Below, piece by piece: positions 40,848-51,129 of a stretch of 64,000 nt of DNA. Where the stretch lies: the NCBI GenBank assembly GCA_023255625.1, contig JAHFLF010000003.1:2105-66104 (forward strand), written 5' to 3'. The DNA is from Candidatus Harrisonbacteria bacterium. GTDB taxonomy: Bacteria; Patescibacteriota; Minisyncoccia; UBA6257; 1-14-0-10-44-23. Position 1 is the stretch's first letter, and every line of letters starts with the position of its first letter. Under the pieces are notes generated by a model, which made no database searches, had not been told where the DNA came from, and worked only from the letters and a program-made list of their open reading frames with translations. The position numbers and the translations under genes were made by a program.

Positions 40848-40881
40848 CTATGTTACAGTGTACTAGTACACTGTAACATAG
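40848..40881. repeat. 34-bp perfect palindrome, copy 2
   Basis: CTATGTTACAGTGTACTAGTACACTGTAACATAG. Confidence 0.9.
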
Positions 40882-40907
40882 CAAGAAATCAGAATCGCAA
40901 AGAAAAT

Positions 40908-40951
40908 AAAACACAAGCGCGCCGCCCTTCTGGGCGGCGCGCTTGTGTTTT
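40908..40951 (-). terminator. Intrinsic terminator of rplS
   Basis: AAAACACAAGCGCGCCGCCC-TTCT-GGGCGGCGCGCTTGTGTTTT. Confidence 0.8.
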
Positions 40952-40965
40952 TACTTGCTTATATC

Positions 40966-41349
40966 TTACTTGCTTACCTCTGCTTCTGCAACCTTCTCGC
41001 CTTTTGCCATCTTCGCAGTTCGCTCATACGCAACCGCGGTCTTGCGGCGCAGCTGGCGGCGGCTGATATCACGGACATAATAAATCTTACTGCGGCCAAC
41101 TTTTTTCGGTGAACTTAAAATTTCTACCTTTGAAATTGACTGGCAGTTAATCGGATATACTTTTTCCATTCCCTCACCGGCAACCGTTGCCCGGACAGTG
41201 AAAGAGGCGCCAGCTTCGCTGCCATGTTTACGGCAAAGTACAAGCCCTTCGAAACGGCTCTCCCGCGTCTTAGCGCCCTCTTTAACAGTCTCGATCACGC
41301 GCACAGTTGCGCCGGCTTTGATTTTTGGAAGTACTGATTCGTGGATCAT
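40966..41349 (-). CDS. rplS: 50S ribosomal protein L19
   Basis: KEGAKTRESRFEG, FTVR, GEGMEKVYP, RSKIYYVRD. Confidence 0.93.
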   Translation of the reverse strand: MIHESVLPKIKAGATVRVIETVKEGAKTRESRFEGLVLCRKHGSEAGASFTVRATVAGEGMEKVYPINCQSISKVEILSSPKKVGRSKIYYVRDISRRQLRRKTAVAYERTAKMAKGEKVAEAEVSK

Positions 41350-41578
41350 GAAAATTTAGTAAAATTTTCACCCCATGAGATGGCGTACTCGCCTATCTCT
41401 TCGGGGTGGCTTCTAATAACTCTTGCGAGTGAGAATAACAGAAAAGGAGAAATCGCGCAACTACTCGTTTAAAAACTCACAGCCGCCTGACCCGGCTGGA
41501 GTCGGCGGCTGGCCGCGGCGGGTCCTTTCAACCCGCAAAAAAAGAGAAACAATACTACTTGTATATCAGGAAGCCCGG

Positions 41579-42181
41579 CTAATCGCGCTTCGCACGCCGT
41601 CTCGCAGCCAACCTCAATTCGGGGCCGAGATAAGATTCCACCGGCAAACCCATTGCCGCGAGACGCCCGAACAGATGGCGACGAGCTCGCGACAGAGCCA
41701 TGCCGAAGGCCTCCGGCCGAAGTCCGCAGGCAGCAGCTGCAGCTAGGTTGTTCTCATGAACTTCCAGCATTCGGATAACCAGCTGCTCATGCGGCGTGAG
41801 CTTAGCCAGTTCTATCAGCACCACCTGCCGTAATTCGACATCGCAGAGATCGCCTGCCGGATCGTCTGCTTGCCGACTCGCGGCCTGTATTTTCGCCACC
41901 TTCTCCATCCATCGCAACCTTACATTCCGCTGACGTAGTTCCTCGAGAAAAAAGTTCTTGCACAGCGTGACGAGCAGGCCGATGGCGCTTAGACGGATTG
42001 TGTTTCGCTTGGCGTAGCTTAGATAACGCAGGACCGCCTGCTGGAAATGCTCGTCGAACTCCTCAAGGGACATATGAACATTCTGCCTCTTCAAGGTGCA
42101 ATGTACAGATCTCTTGACCATGAGATACAGCTCTGAATCAGAAAGAGCAGCAAGGAGCTGCTCGTGCGTCAGCAACTCCAT
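41579..42181 (-). CDS. GC-rich ECF sigma-70-like factor
   Basis: Region 2-like QQAVLRYL..LCKNFFLEELR; region 4-like LAKLTPHEQLVI...ALSRARRHL; AAGGAGG SD before ATG 42181. Confidence 0.7.
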   Translation of the reverse strand: MELLTHEQLLAALSDSELYLMVKRSVHCTLKRQNVHMSLEEFDEHFQQAVLRYLSYAKRNTIRLSAIGLLVTLCKNFFLEELRQRNVRLRWMEKVAKIQAASRQADDPAGDLCDVELRQVVLIELAKLTPHEQLVIRMLEVHENNLAAAAACGLRPEAFGMALSRARRHLFGRLAAMGLPVESYLGPELRLAARRRAKRD

Positions 42182-42279
42182 CACTCCCTCCTTCTGGAGA
42201 AAAAGTCTGGATCCCCGCATTACCCGCATTCAATGTATCTTACGGCCTCTAAATTTGCAAACTAAGGTATTATAGAACT

Positions 42280-43425
42280 ATGCGCATTACCGTAGATCTT
42301 CGGCCGCTGGGCAGCGGCAGCCGCACCGGCATTCCCGGGTACACCTCTGATATTATTGGCGCACTACTTGCATACAAAGCCGGACACCAGTACACGCTTT
42401 TCCAAAATGGTTTCCGCACTCAATCGCTGCTGACCCAGTGGCGCGATTCAGCAAATGTGCATATTATCGAGAAGCGGATACCAAATCGCCTGCTGAATCT
42501 TTCAATGCGTCTTTTTAATCTGCCGCGGCTCGAGAAATATGCGCCGGCCGATGTTATCTTCAGCCCAAACTTTTATCTGCTGCCTAAGACAAAAACTCCG
42601 CGCGTTATCACTTTCCACGATTTATCCTTTCTGCATTATCCGGAGTTTTTCCGGCGCAAAGATCACGTCTGGCACCAGATGCAGCAGTACGCCCAGCAGG
42701 CGGCGCAGGCGACGCATCTGATCGCCGTTTCGGAGTTTACCAAAAATGACCTAGTCACATTACTCAACATTCCGGAGGGAAAAATAACGGTTATTTATCC
42801 TGGAATCAGTCAGCATTTTATACCGTACTCGGCCGGCGACGGACGACTAGCTGCTTATCGTATCGAAAAAAAACTACACCGGCCTTTTATTCTTTATCTT
42901 GGTTCGCTGGAACCGCGTAAAAATCTTTCGCTACTCATCCGGGCTTTTGATGAGTTCCGTGCCGACCCGCGATTTAAAGGATATGAACTCGTTATCGCCG
43001 GTCGCGATGGACTGGGGGCGGGCTCTTTGCGGCGGCTCGCCAGCGATCTGGCGAGCCGCTCCGCCATCCGCTTTCTCGGCCCCGTCACCGACGAAGAGCG
43101 CGTGCTGCTTTACAACTGCGCACGAGTATTTGTCTTCCCAAGCTGGTTTGAAGGGTTCGGTTTTCCGCCGCTTGAGGCGCAATGCTGCGGTGTGCCAGTT
43201 ATAGCCGCCGACCGCACCTCGCTTCCGGAGATCCTTGGCGACTCGGCGGTGCTTATAAATCCTTGGCGTCCGGGCGAACTGGCGCAGGCGATAGTTTCGC
43301 TGGAAACCAATTCAGATTTACGATCAGGTATAATTGCGAAGGGGCTAAAAAATTCTGCGCGCTTTACCTGGGAAAAAGCTGCCGAAGAAACACTCGCGGT
43401 ACTCGAGAAAACCCAAATCGCATGA
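42280..43425 (+). CDS. GT4 family glycosyltransferase
   Basis: VITFHDL, LGSLEPRKN, FPSWFEGFGFPPLEA. Confidence 0.92.
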   Translation: MRITVDLRPLGSGSRTGIPGYTSDIIGALLAYKAGHQYTLFQNGFRTQSLLTQWRDSANVHIIEKRIPNRLLNLSMRLFNLPRLEKYAPADVIFSPNFYLLPKTKTPRVITFHDLSFLHYPEFFRRKDHVWHQMQQYAQQAAQATHLIAVSEFTKNDLVTLLNIPEGKITVIYPGISQHFIPYSAGDGRLAAYRIEKKLHRPFILYLGSLEPRKNLSLLIRAFDEFRADPRFKGYELVIAGRDGLGAGSLRRLASDLASRSAIRFLGPVTDEERVLLYNCARVFVFPSWFEGFGFPPLEAQCCGVPVIAADRTSLPEILGDSAVLINPWRPGELAQAIVSLETNSDLRSGIIAKGLKNSARFTWEKAAEETLAVLEKTQIA

Positions 43426-43480
43426 GAACCCTGAACCCATTCGCATATTCGGATCATTAGCATGTTAGCGAATACTGACA

Positions 43481-45457
43481 ATGAAAGACGAAATAAAAAT
43501 TGTAAAAATTAAAAGGCCGGGAAGAAAAACTAAGCGGCTGCACCGCAAGCGGAAAATTAGCATATTTATTATTTGTGGCGTCATATTACTTATCTGTATC
43601 TTCTACGGCTGGCGACTTTTAACATTGAGAGATTTTGCGGCGCAATCAAAAACTCAAATTATTTCCCAGCTTGCGGAGGCACGGCTCGCGCTCTCCTCGC
43701 TCAACCCGGATGGTGCTACCCTGCCGCTCTCGCAGGTTAATGCCGAACTAAAAACTCTAAATATTGAAGCGGAAAAATACGGCGTCTTAAAGCTGGCCGG
43801 CTGGTGGGGCAATGTGCAAGATAAATTTAAAGCGCTACCGACAATTTTGCAAAATCTTACCGGCATTTCCGGCGTAGCTATTCATGTGAATGAGGATATT
43901 AGCTATCTCAAAGAGCACACCGTTGGACTGATGATGAGCGGTCGCGGCGACGAGCTACTGATAAAACTCGGCTCCCTGCAGGACAAACTGGCCCGGCTAA
44001 ATTTTTATCTGGCGAATGCGGCTTTCCAGCAAGCCGTTGATGCCAAAACGCAAACATCACTCTCTAAATTCAGCCAAGAGATTGGTCAGGCAACCAAAGC
44101 ACTTTCTTCGTTACGCGAATTTTTAAACCCGGTAACTCCCAGGCATGCGCTGGTCATGTTTCAAAATGAAAGTGAGCTGCGACCGGCCGGTGGTTTTTTA
44201 GGCAGCTACGCCGACATTACAATCGCGCATGGCGCCGTAGCTGGCATTGATGTGCGCGATATTTATGACCCGGACGGCCAACTAGATATCCAAATGACCC
44301 CGCCCAGACCGCTGCAACGGCTGACTAAGGATTGGGAAATCCGCGACGCAAATTGGTTTTTTGATTTTCCGGCATCAGCGAAGCAGGTATTAAGTTTTAT
44401 CAATCAATCGAAAATGTATACCGAACACAATATCCATTTCGACGGCGCGATGTCGGTCAATACAAAAGTTCTGGCCAGCATTATCGGCCTAGTCGGGCCG
44501 ATTGAACTCCCTGAATACAAGCTGACGATAACGCCGGAAACTTTTATGCGCGAGCTGCAGCGAGAGGTTGAGCAGGGCTACAATAAAAAAATTAATCAAC
44601 CGAAAAAAATACTTCAGGCACTTGCGCCAATTTTGCTGGAACGGCTCAAAACACGAACCCCTGAACAAAATCAAAAACTCCTGGAGAGCGTTAATTATCA
44701 CCTTTCACGCCGCGACATTCAGCTTTATCTTGACGATCCGGTGCTCGAAGCACAATTCAAAGAGCGCAATGTCGCCGGAGAATTATTGCCGCTGTCAAAA
44801 GCCAGCACATCGAGCATCATCGATTACCTTGGCGTCGCAACCGCAAATATGGCCGGCGGCAAGAGCGACTACTTCACCCAGCAAGATATTGCACTGGAAA
44901 GTTTTTTCTCGGCCAGCGGCACATTGGTCAGCAACCTAAAAATCACCCGCAAACACTCCGGACAAAACGAAACCGACTGGTGGTACACCGCACCAAACAA
45001 AACCTATACGCAAATTTATCTGCCGCTCGGCTCCCGGATATATAATGCGACCGGCACGCGCCCGTGGCCGGATCCGATTACTCGAGATTATAGCAGCTAT
45101 CATACTGAACCGACCGTCGTCGAAATCGAAAGCTCACACCGTTTTTTTGAAGATGAACAGCTGGATCGCTTTATTGCTTTTGGCAAAACTGTCTTTGCCG
45201 GCTGGATCACTACGCGTGCCGGAGCAACCTCAACTTTTAAGATGAGCTATCGTAATCCGAAAAAATTTAGCGCGGCCGTAAAAAATTATGAATTCATTTT
45301 TGAGAAACAATCCGGGGCGAATACTTCTTTTTCATTCAGCATAACTGCGCCGCCGGGATATAAGTGGCAGGAAACTGGCAGCGCCAACCTAAAATACGAA
45401 TCCGCCGATCCCCCCGGCCGCGTCCATATCCGTCAAACGCTTATTCCAATTCGATAA
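43481..45457 (+). CDS. DUF4012-domain membrane-anchored protein
   Basis: MFQNESELRPAGGFLGS, RDANWFFDFP, NMAGGKSD. Confidence 0.85.
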   Translation: MKDEIKIVKIKRPGRKTKRLHRKRKISIFIICGVILLICIFYGWRLLTLRDFAAQSKTQIISQLAEARLALSSLNPDGATLPLSQVNAELKTLNIEAEKYGVLKLAGWWGNVQDKFKALPTILQNLTGISGVAIHVNEDISYLKEHTVGLMMSGRGDELLIKLGSLQDKLARLNFYLANAAFQQAVDAKTQTSLSKFSQEIGQATKALSSLREFLNPVTPRHALVMFQNESELRPAGGFLGSYADITIAHGAVAGIDVRDIYDPDGQLDIQMTPPRPLQRLTKDWEIRDANWFFDFPASAKQVLSFINQSKMYTEHNIHFDGAMSVNTKVLASIIGLVGPIELPEYKLTITPETFMRELQREVEQGYNKKINQPKKILQALAPILLERLKTRTPEQNQKLLESVNYHLSRRDIQLYLDDPVLEAQFKERNVAGELLPLSKASTSSIIDYLGVATANMAGGKSDYFTQQDIALESFFSASGTLVSNLKITRKHSGQNETDWWYTAPNKTYTQIYLPLGSRIYNATGTRPWPDPITRDYSSYHTEPTVVEIESSHRFFEDEQLDRFIAFGKTVFAGWITTRAGATSTFKMSYRNPKKFSAAVKNYEFIFEKQSGANTSFSFSITAPPGYKWQETGSANLKYESADPPGRVHIRQTLIPIR

Positions 45458-45514
45458 AAAAGAAAACCCCCGCACCAGCAAGCTGGATATAGGGGGAATG
45501 TTCATGAACAGATT

Positions 45515-45802
45515 TCAGCACCTCCTCCATCTGTTCATGGCTGAATCGAAATCCTTGTCACCGTCGCTTTTCCTCCCCCGGCAGATCTTGACTGCCAAGC
45601 AGATGAGCGCGACGCCGGGCAGAATCGGAATCGCGACCATTAGCACCACTGCCAGGACGATCACGCTGAAGATGAGCATCCCGCGTGAGCTCGGGTGCGC
45701 AGCGTATTCCCGATCATTCTCAATCTGCCGACGCCTTTCACGCCAGCAAAGCAGGAAAGATAGGGCGATGCACACCACTGCATAAATCTCGAGCCAGTCC
45801 AT
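45515..45802 (-). CDS. GC-rich small membrane protein
   Basis: AGGAGG SD, two TMs. Confidence 0.6.
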   Translation of the reverse strand: MDWLEIYAVVCIALSFLLCWRERRRQIENDREYAAHPSSRGMLIFSVIVLAVVLMVAIPILPGVALICLAVKICRGRKSDGDKDFDSAMNRWRRC

Positions 45803-45811
45803 GGGAACCTC

Positions 45812-46057
45812 CTAGCTGCGCGTGTGGTGCCGACTTGAGTAGTCAACGAGCCACAGGAGAAACAGCGCCTGTCCCAGGCCGCCGATGACCGCCCCAATCG
45901 ACCACACTGCCAGATTCGGCGGCATCCACAACCACTCAATCCAAGTCCATCGAGCACTGGCCGTTGACAGGCCGCCGATGCGAAACATCGCAACGACTCC
46001 GAGGGCGCCGCAGATGAGCCACAACGCAGAGATGACCGCGACAATATAGTCGAACAT
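45812..46057 (-). CDS. GC-rich small membrane protein
   Basis: GGGAGG SD before ATG 46057, hydrophobic. Confidence 0.55.
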   Translation of the reverse strand: MFDYIVAVISALWLICGALGVVAMFRIGGLSTASARWTWIEWLWMPPNLAVWSIGAVIGGLGQALFLLWLVDYSSRHHTRS

Positions 46058-46100
46058 GAGACACCTCCCATCACAGCCGGACACTCCGGCTGCGTCCATA

Positions 46101-46832
46101 CTACCCTAGCAAATCCAGCAAAGATTGCAATTCGGATGGCAATGATGCGTCGATACTTATTTTCTTGCCGCCTGGAGTTTTAAACTCCAAATGTTGCGCA
46201 TGTAAAAATTGCCGCCCAAGCTCAAAAATATCCTTGTGCTTGCCGTACAGCTTATCGCCATAAACCTCGTGACCGATTGAACTCAAGTGTACGCGAATCT
46301 GGTGCGTCCTGCCGGTCTTTGGCATCACGCGCAAAAGTGTAAACTCATCTTTGCCACGCATGTAATGAGCAAGTGTTGCATATTCCGTTACGGCCTCACG
46401 CGGCATTTTGCCCTTAAACACAGTCCGCCTCACAGTTCCATCTTTGATACTGATGGGCTTATCAATCACGCCGCTCTTTTCGTGAATCCTCCCCCACACA
46501 AGGGCGAGATATGTTTTTTTAACCGCCCGGCCTTGGAAAAGTTTTTTCAAATATTCAAATGCTTTTTGATTGCGAGCGATAACCATTGCGCCACTCGTCT
46601 CACGGTCTAGCCGGTGCACAATTCCCCCGCGCTGCTGTTTGATAAGCCCCTCCTCGGACTTGTCGCCCACCTCTTTTGTCTCTGGATATTTCTCCGCGAG
46701 CCAGTCAACGAGCGTCGGCTCGTTGTGTAACTGACCCGTTTTATTAAAAATCCCGTGCACCAAAAGCCCGGCTGGTTTATTAATGACCAACACATCTTTG
46801 TCTTCGTATAAAACTGGAATTTTCATATTCAT
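46101..46832 (-). CDS. RluA/RluD-family pseudouridine synthase (no S4 domain)
   Basis: INKPAGLLVH, HRLDRETSG, TGRTHQIRVH, GDKLY, FLHA. Confidence 0.94.
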   Translation of the reverse strand: MNMKIPVLYEDKDVLVINKPAGLLVHGIFNKTGQLHNEPTLVDWLAEKYPETKEVGDKSEEGLIKQQRGGIVHRLDRETSGAMVIARNQKAFEYLKKLFQGRAVKKTYLALVWGRIHEKSGVIDKPISIKDGTVRRTVFKGKMPREAVTEYATLAHYMRGKDEFTLLRVMPKTGRTHQIRVHLSSIGHEVYGDKLYGKHKDIFELGRQFLHAQHLEFKTPGGKKISIDASLPSELQSLLDLLG

Positions 46833-46872
46833 TATTCTCTAATTCTGCAGAATATTGGTATAAGCAATGATT

Positions 46873-47736
46873 CTAAATTTGTTTAATCCAATTAGTGATC
46901 TTTTTTGCGAACTCTTTTTCTTTACCTTTGAAACTATGACTGGCGTCCTTAATCTCCATCGCATCAACAACGGGCGAACTAAAAAGATGACCGACGATCT
47001 CAGTAAAATACTTGTGCACCGGCAACGATAGATGCTCATCTTTATCTCCAATAATGACGCAAACCGGTACATTGATCCTGCTTAAAATATTCCACTTTCC
47101 ACCATAGCCGTGATATGGGAAGGTGTCCTCAACTCCGCCAGGAGTAAATAAACTTACATATCTCTGCGCATTCATAAAAACGTCAAATTTCTTATATGAC
47201 AAAATCTCCGATGGGTTGTGTTCTGCAACTTTAGTCGCTTCAGCCAACAACTTACGCATTTTTTTATCGAGCGGACGCACATCAGTTAATCCTGCCGCAA
47301 AAACCGCCCCACAGACCATAGCGCTGGGCTTCCTAGATAAATAATATGAAATTTTGTTTGCACCGGTACTGTGACCGATGAGAATCACTTTTTTGCAGCC
47401 ACGAGAACGCATGAAACGGATGGTCGCATCAATATCTTTAACGCAATCGGTGAATTTCTCAAACCCACCTCCGATAAAATATCTTGTACCATCTTTTCTT
47501 TTTTCGCTATCAACCATATCGTGCCCACGATTGTTAAAAACTGCGTATGCATAACCTGCATCAGTTGCTGTTTGCGCGAGCGTCTGCATAAGTCCGGCAT
47601 TGTGCGAAAAGGCACTTGTCAATCCGTGAACCCAGACAATGCCAATGTTCGCATTACGCTTTGGAACAGCAAAAAGGCCCTCATGAGTGAGGCCATCGCT
47701 TGTCGTGATCTGCGCCAATTCAAAAAGTTGCTTCAT
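46873..47736 (-). CDS. Alpha/beta hydrolase (DUF1749-like)
   Basis: VHGL, GHSTGA nucleophile elbow, Asp/His near the C-terminus. Confidence 0.85.
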   Translation of the reverse strand: MKQLFELAQITTSDGLTHEGLFAVPKRNANIGIVWVHGLTSAFSHNAGLMQTLAQTATDAGYAYAVFNNRGHDMVDSEKRKDGTRYFIGGGFEKFTDCVKDIDATIRFMRSRGCKKVILIGHSTGANKISYYLSRKPSAMVCGAVFAAGLTDVRPLDKKMRKLLAEATKVAEHNPSEILSYKKFDVFMNAQRYVSLFTPGGVEDTFPYHGYGGKWNILSRINVPVCVIIGDKDEHLSLPVHKYFTEIVGHLFSSPVVDAMEIKDASHSFKGKEKEFAKKITNWIKQI

Positions 47737-47737
47737 G

Positions 47738-47811
47738 TGCGCGTGCCCTGATTCGAACAGGGTACCTCGTCGATGTCAACGACGCGCTCTAACCAAGTGA
47801 GCTACACGCGC
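47738..47811 (-). tRNA. tRNA-Val(GAC), CCA not encoded
   Basis: GCGCGTGTAGCTCACTTGGTTAGAGCGCGTCGTTGACATCGACGAGGTACCCTGTTCGAATCAGGGCACGCGCA. Confidence 0.95.
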
Positions 47812-48494
47812 AATAAAAGCCTCTCGCAAAAATCTCTACTAATATTAATCAATTTACGCTGAATTGCAACATTAGCACATCTTAGAGAGCAAACGCCATG
47901 GTAGGCGGGGTATGTCTTTGATCCAATGGTTCGTTTGTCAAAATTCACTTGTTTAAAATTTTCAACCGGAATATCCAGCTCTTTTGACCAATGTCGTTTC
48001 ATTGCGTCGCCATCTTGGTCTGCTCTGAGATACAATTCACATCTGATTTTCTGAGTATCAATTTTATAATTTTTTCTAAGAATATATAAGAAAGTTTTGA
48101 GAATTAAGGGGTCAGAATTGCCAATTCCTGTTTCATCGTTACTCTTAAAGCCCTCGCCGAAATACAAAAATGCTAATGCCAAATCAAGAATGTCTGGATT
48201 ATCCAAATCTAAATTTTCTAAAACTGCATCTGATTGCTTTCTCGCCTCAGCAAGCCTACCAGCCTTCTGGGCATTATGCCATTCAACTGCCTTGAAACGC
48301 GCTTTAATCAGCCCCTCCCGCCAATCTCTTTTTAACTTATCTTTTTGTTTCCTACTTAACTCAACATCCTTAAGCCAAGGAGATACCGTGGACTGATTGA
48401 TTCCTAAGTGCTTAGCGATCCGTCCGATAGAAAGCCCTTTTATTCGCAAACGAATCGCTTCTTCTCTTTCTTTAACAAATTTAATACCACGCAT
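47802..48494 (-). CDS. HTH plus LAGLIDADG-like protein, stop codon inside tRNA-Val
   Basis: GLSIGRIAKHLGINQSTVSPW HTH; LAFLYFGEG...NSDP LAGLIDADG-like motif. Confidence 0.7.
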   Translation of the reverse strand: MRGIKFVKEREEAIRLRIKGLSIGRIAKHLGINQSTVSPWLKDVELSRKQKDKLKRDWREGLIKARFKAVEWHNAQKAGRLAEARKQSDAVLENLDLDNPDILDLALAFLYFGEGFKSNDETGIGNSDPLILKTFLYILRKNYKIDTQKIRCELYLRADQDGDAMKRHWSKELDIPVENFKQVNFDKRTIGSKTYPAYHGVCSLRCANVAIQRKLINISRDFCERLLLRV

Positions 48495-48658
48495 GTATAC
48501 ATTATACCATCAGTAGTCCGAAAGTTATCAACAAAAAATGCCCGTTTGGGCAAATGCATAAATAAAGATTCTGTCGGGTCGGAGCACGCTTGCGCGCGCT
48601 CCGACCCGAACGATTGCTTCTTACTCCGAGCTACACACTCGGAGCGACGAAGCCGGAG

Positions 48659-50122
48659 TCAGACTCGAACATCTGCACCTGCTTCGTCACTTGTCTGAAC
48701 ACTGTGCCCGCTGCGCACCAGCGCCTCGGCCACCTCACCATCTAGGAATTCACGAACCTGCTCTTTCGACCGGCCCAGGAAACGAGCCGGGTCGAGCATG
48801 AAGCCCAAGTCATCGCGAACTGATGCGAAGTCCGGATCCGTCTCGATCCGGTCAAGAAGGTCGCTGTCAACCCCCTCTGCCCGCACGCGCTGCATCGCCT
48901 CCCGAGAGTGGCCGCGAATTAGCTCGTGCAATTGCTGCCGATCGCCACCGCTCTTCACGGCGAGCATGAGGATCTCCTCGGTGGCCATCGCCGGCAGCTC
49001 GCGCCGGAGGTCGCGCAGTAGCGCCGCCGGGTAGACGACGAGCCCCTTCGCGACATTCGCCTGCAGCAGCAATGCCGCGTCGATCGCGAGGAACGCCTCT
49101 GGCAGTGCGATTCGCTTGCCCGCGCTGTCATCGAGCGTCCGCTCGAACCACTGCTCCGCCGCCGTCTGTTCCGCAACGCTCGCAAGGGCCATTGCGACAC
49201 GAGCCAGCGAGGTCATCCGCTCGGAGCGCATCGGGTTGCGCTTGTACGCCATCGCCGAGGAGCCGATCTGCCCCGCAGTGACGGGTTCGTCGACATGCCC
49301 GAGCCCCATGAGCAGCCGGATGTCGTTCGCGAACTTGTGGACGGACTGGCCCACACCCGAGAGCAACTGCATCGCCTGTGCGTCGACCTTGCGCGGCGGG
49401 GTCTGCCCCGTAACCGAGAAAGTCCGGTCAAACCCCATTGACGCCGCGACACGCCGGTCGAGCTCGCGCACCTTGGCGTGGTCGCCGCCGAACAGAGTCA
49501 GGAACGATGCCTGGGTGCCGGTGGCCCCCTTGCATCCGAGGAACCGGAGATTCCGACGCCTCCATTCGCAGTCTTCGAGATCCAGGAGAAGATCCTGGAT
49601 CCAGAGGCAGACCCGCCGACCGAAGGTCGTCGGCTGTGCCGGCTGGAAGTGCGTGTACGACAGACACGGCGTCGAGATGTGCGCTTCGGCGAGATCCAGA
49701 AGCGCCACGATGACTGCGACGAGCCGCAGCTTGATCGTCTCGAGCGCCTCGCGCAGGATGATCAAGTCAGTGTTGTCGACCACATAGGCACTCGTGGCGC
49801 CCAGATGGATGATCGCGGCTGCCTTCGGACACTGGAGACCGTACGCGTGTACATGCGCCATCACATCGTGGCGCACCTCGCGTTCGCGGCGATCCGCGGC
49901 GTCGTAGTCGATGTCGTCGAGGTGCGACTCCAGCTCGACGATCTGCTCGTCCGTAATGGCGAGTCCGAGCTCCTGCTCGGCCCGCGCAAGGGCGAGCCAC
50001 AGCCGCCGCCAAGTGCGGAACTTCCGGTTGTCGCCGAACAGCTCGAGCATCACACGGCTGGCGTACCTAGTTGTGAGCGGGTTGACATATGTCTCGTGCG
50101 GATCGCCCGCATCGGTTGTCAT
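48659..50122 (-). CDS. purB: Adenylosuccinate lyase, GC-rich
   Basis: RHDVMAH, HLGATS, THFQPAQPTT, GSSAMAYKRNPMRSE; AGGAAGGA SD before ATG 50122. Confidence 0.94.
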   Translation of the reverse strand: MTTDAGDPHETYVNPLTTRYASRVMLELFGDNRKFRTWRRLWLALARAEQELGLAITDEQIVELESHLDDIDYDAADRREREVRHDVMAHVHAYGLQCPKAAAIIHLGATSAYVVDNTDLIILREALETIKLRLVAVIVALLDLAEAHISTPCLSYTHFQPAQPTTFGRRVCLWIQDLLLDLEDCEWRRRNLRFLGCKGATGTQASFLTLFGGDHAKVRELDRRVAASMGFDRTFSVTGQTPPRKVDAQAMQLLSGVGQSVHKFANDIRLLMGLGHVDEPVTAGQIGSSAMAYKRNPMRSERMTSLARVAMALASVAEQTAAEQWFERTLDDSAGKRIALPEAFLAIDAALLLQANVAKGLVVYPAALLRDLRRELPAMATEEILMLAVKSGGDRQQLHELIRGHSREAMQRVRAEGVDSDLLDRIETDPDFASVRDDLGFMLDPARFLGRSKEQVREFLDGEVAEALVRSGHSVQTSDEAGADVRV

Positions 50123-50228
50123 AGCTTTCCTTCCTTCCTGGGAAATCACGCAGACACCATGCCTGCTTTGTTCCCTGACTGTACCCTACACCAAAATAGA
50201 GCAATTTTGCAAAAACCTCCTGATTATC

Positions 50229-50312
50229 TTAGTTAGAAAATATGAATTTTGCACAAAGGGAGCACTAAATCTTATGTGCTCATCTTGTGCAAAATTCATA
50301 TTTTCTAACTAA
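50229..50312. repeat. Long AT-rich inverted repeat after folD
   Basis: TTAGTTAGAAAATATGAATTTTGCACAA / TTGTGCAAAATTCATATTTTCTAACTAA, 28 bp perfect. Confidence 0.8.
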
Positions 50313-50314
50313 AT

Positions 50315-51100
50315 TTAATTCGCTAGCTTATAAAAATTACTAAAAAGCATTGCAACGACAATCGGCCCTGTACCGCCCGGAGTTGGCGTCACGAATCCGG
50401 CAACACGGGAGACAGATTTAAAATCAACGTCACCGGAAAGTGTGTCGCTTTCGTCGCGACCGTAGCCGTAGTCAATAATCACGGCACCGTTTTTTATATC
50501 GTCCCCCTTGATGAGGCGCGGCACGCCTGTCCCGCTGACCACTAAGTCGGCATTGCGAACAACAGAAGATTCATATCCTCCTTTATTCATAATCGTAAGT
50601 TTTCTTGCTTTACCCATCAGCCAATCAGCAATCGGCCGTCCGATAAGCAAACCCGAGCCAACGATTACAACATCTTTTTCGACTACATTAAAATTGATCT
50701 CTTGCAAAATCCGCTGCAGGGCGCCAGCCGCCGGCGCCAAAATCTTGCTGGTCTCGCCGTTTAAAACATCAACATCTTTATCGATGCCTATTTCGTTCAG
50801 AACGGCAACGCGATCATATTTTTGCGGCAGCGGTAGCTGAATAATCACCGCGCCTACATCAGGATTTTCATAAATCGCTCGCACCTTTTTCTGCAATTCA
50901 ACCTGCGCAAGCGAATCCGCAAAACGATACAGATGAAATTTCACACCAAGCGACCGCGCCGCCATTTCTTTTTGCTTTAGAAAACTTAATGATGCCGAAT
51001 CATCACCAACCAAAATTGCCGCAAACTCCTTCTCTGGCACGAGTTGTTTGCGTAATTCCTTCAATATTTTTCCAGCTATATTGTTCCCGTCAATAATCAT
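50315..51100 (-). CDS. folD: Methylene-THF dehydrogenase/cyclohydrolase
   Basis: IIDG, IIQLPLP, KDVD, GDVD, TPTPGGTGP. Confidence 0.92.
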   Translation of the reverse strand: MIIDGNNIAGKILKELRKQLVPEKEFAAILVGDDSASLSFLKQKEMAARSLGVKFHLYRFADSLAQVELQKKVRAIYENPDVGAVIIQLPLPQKYDRVAVLNEIGIDKDVDVLNGETSKILAPAAGALQRILQEINFNVVEKDVVIVGSGLLIGRPIADWLMGKARKLTIMNKGGYESSVVRNADLVVSGTGVPRLIKGDDIKNGAVIIDYGYGRDESDTLSGDVDFKSVSRVAGFVTPTPGGTGPIVVAMLFSNFYKLAN

Positions 51101-51129
51101 AAAATTAACTATACCCTTATTCGGGCGAA

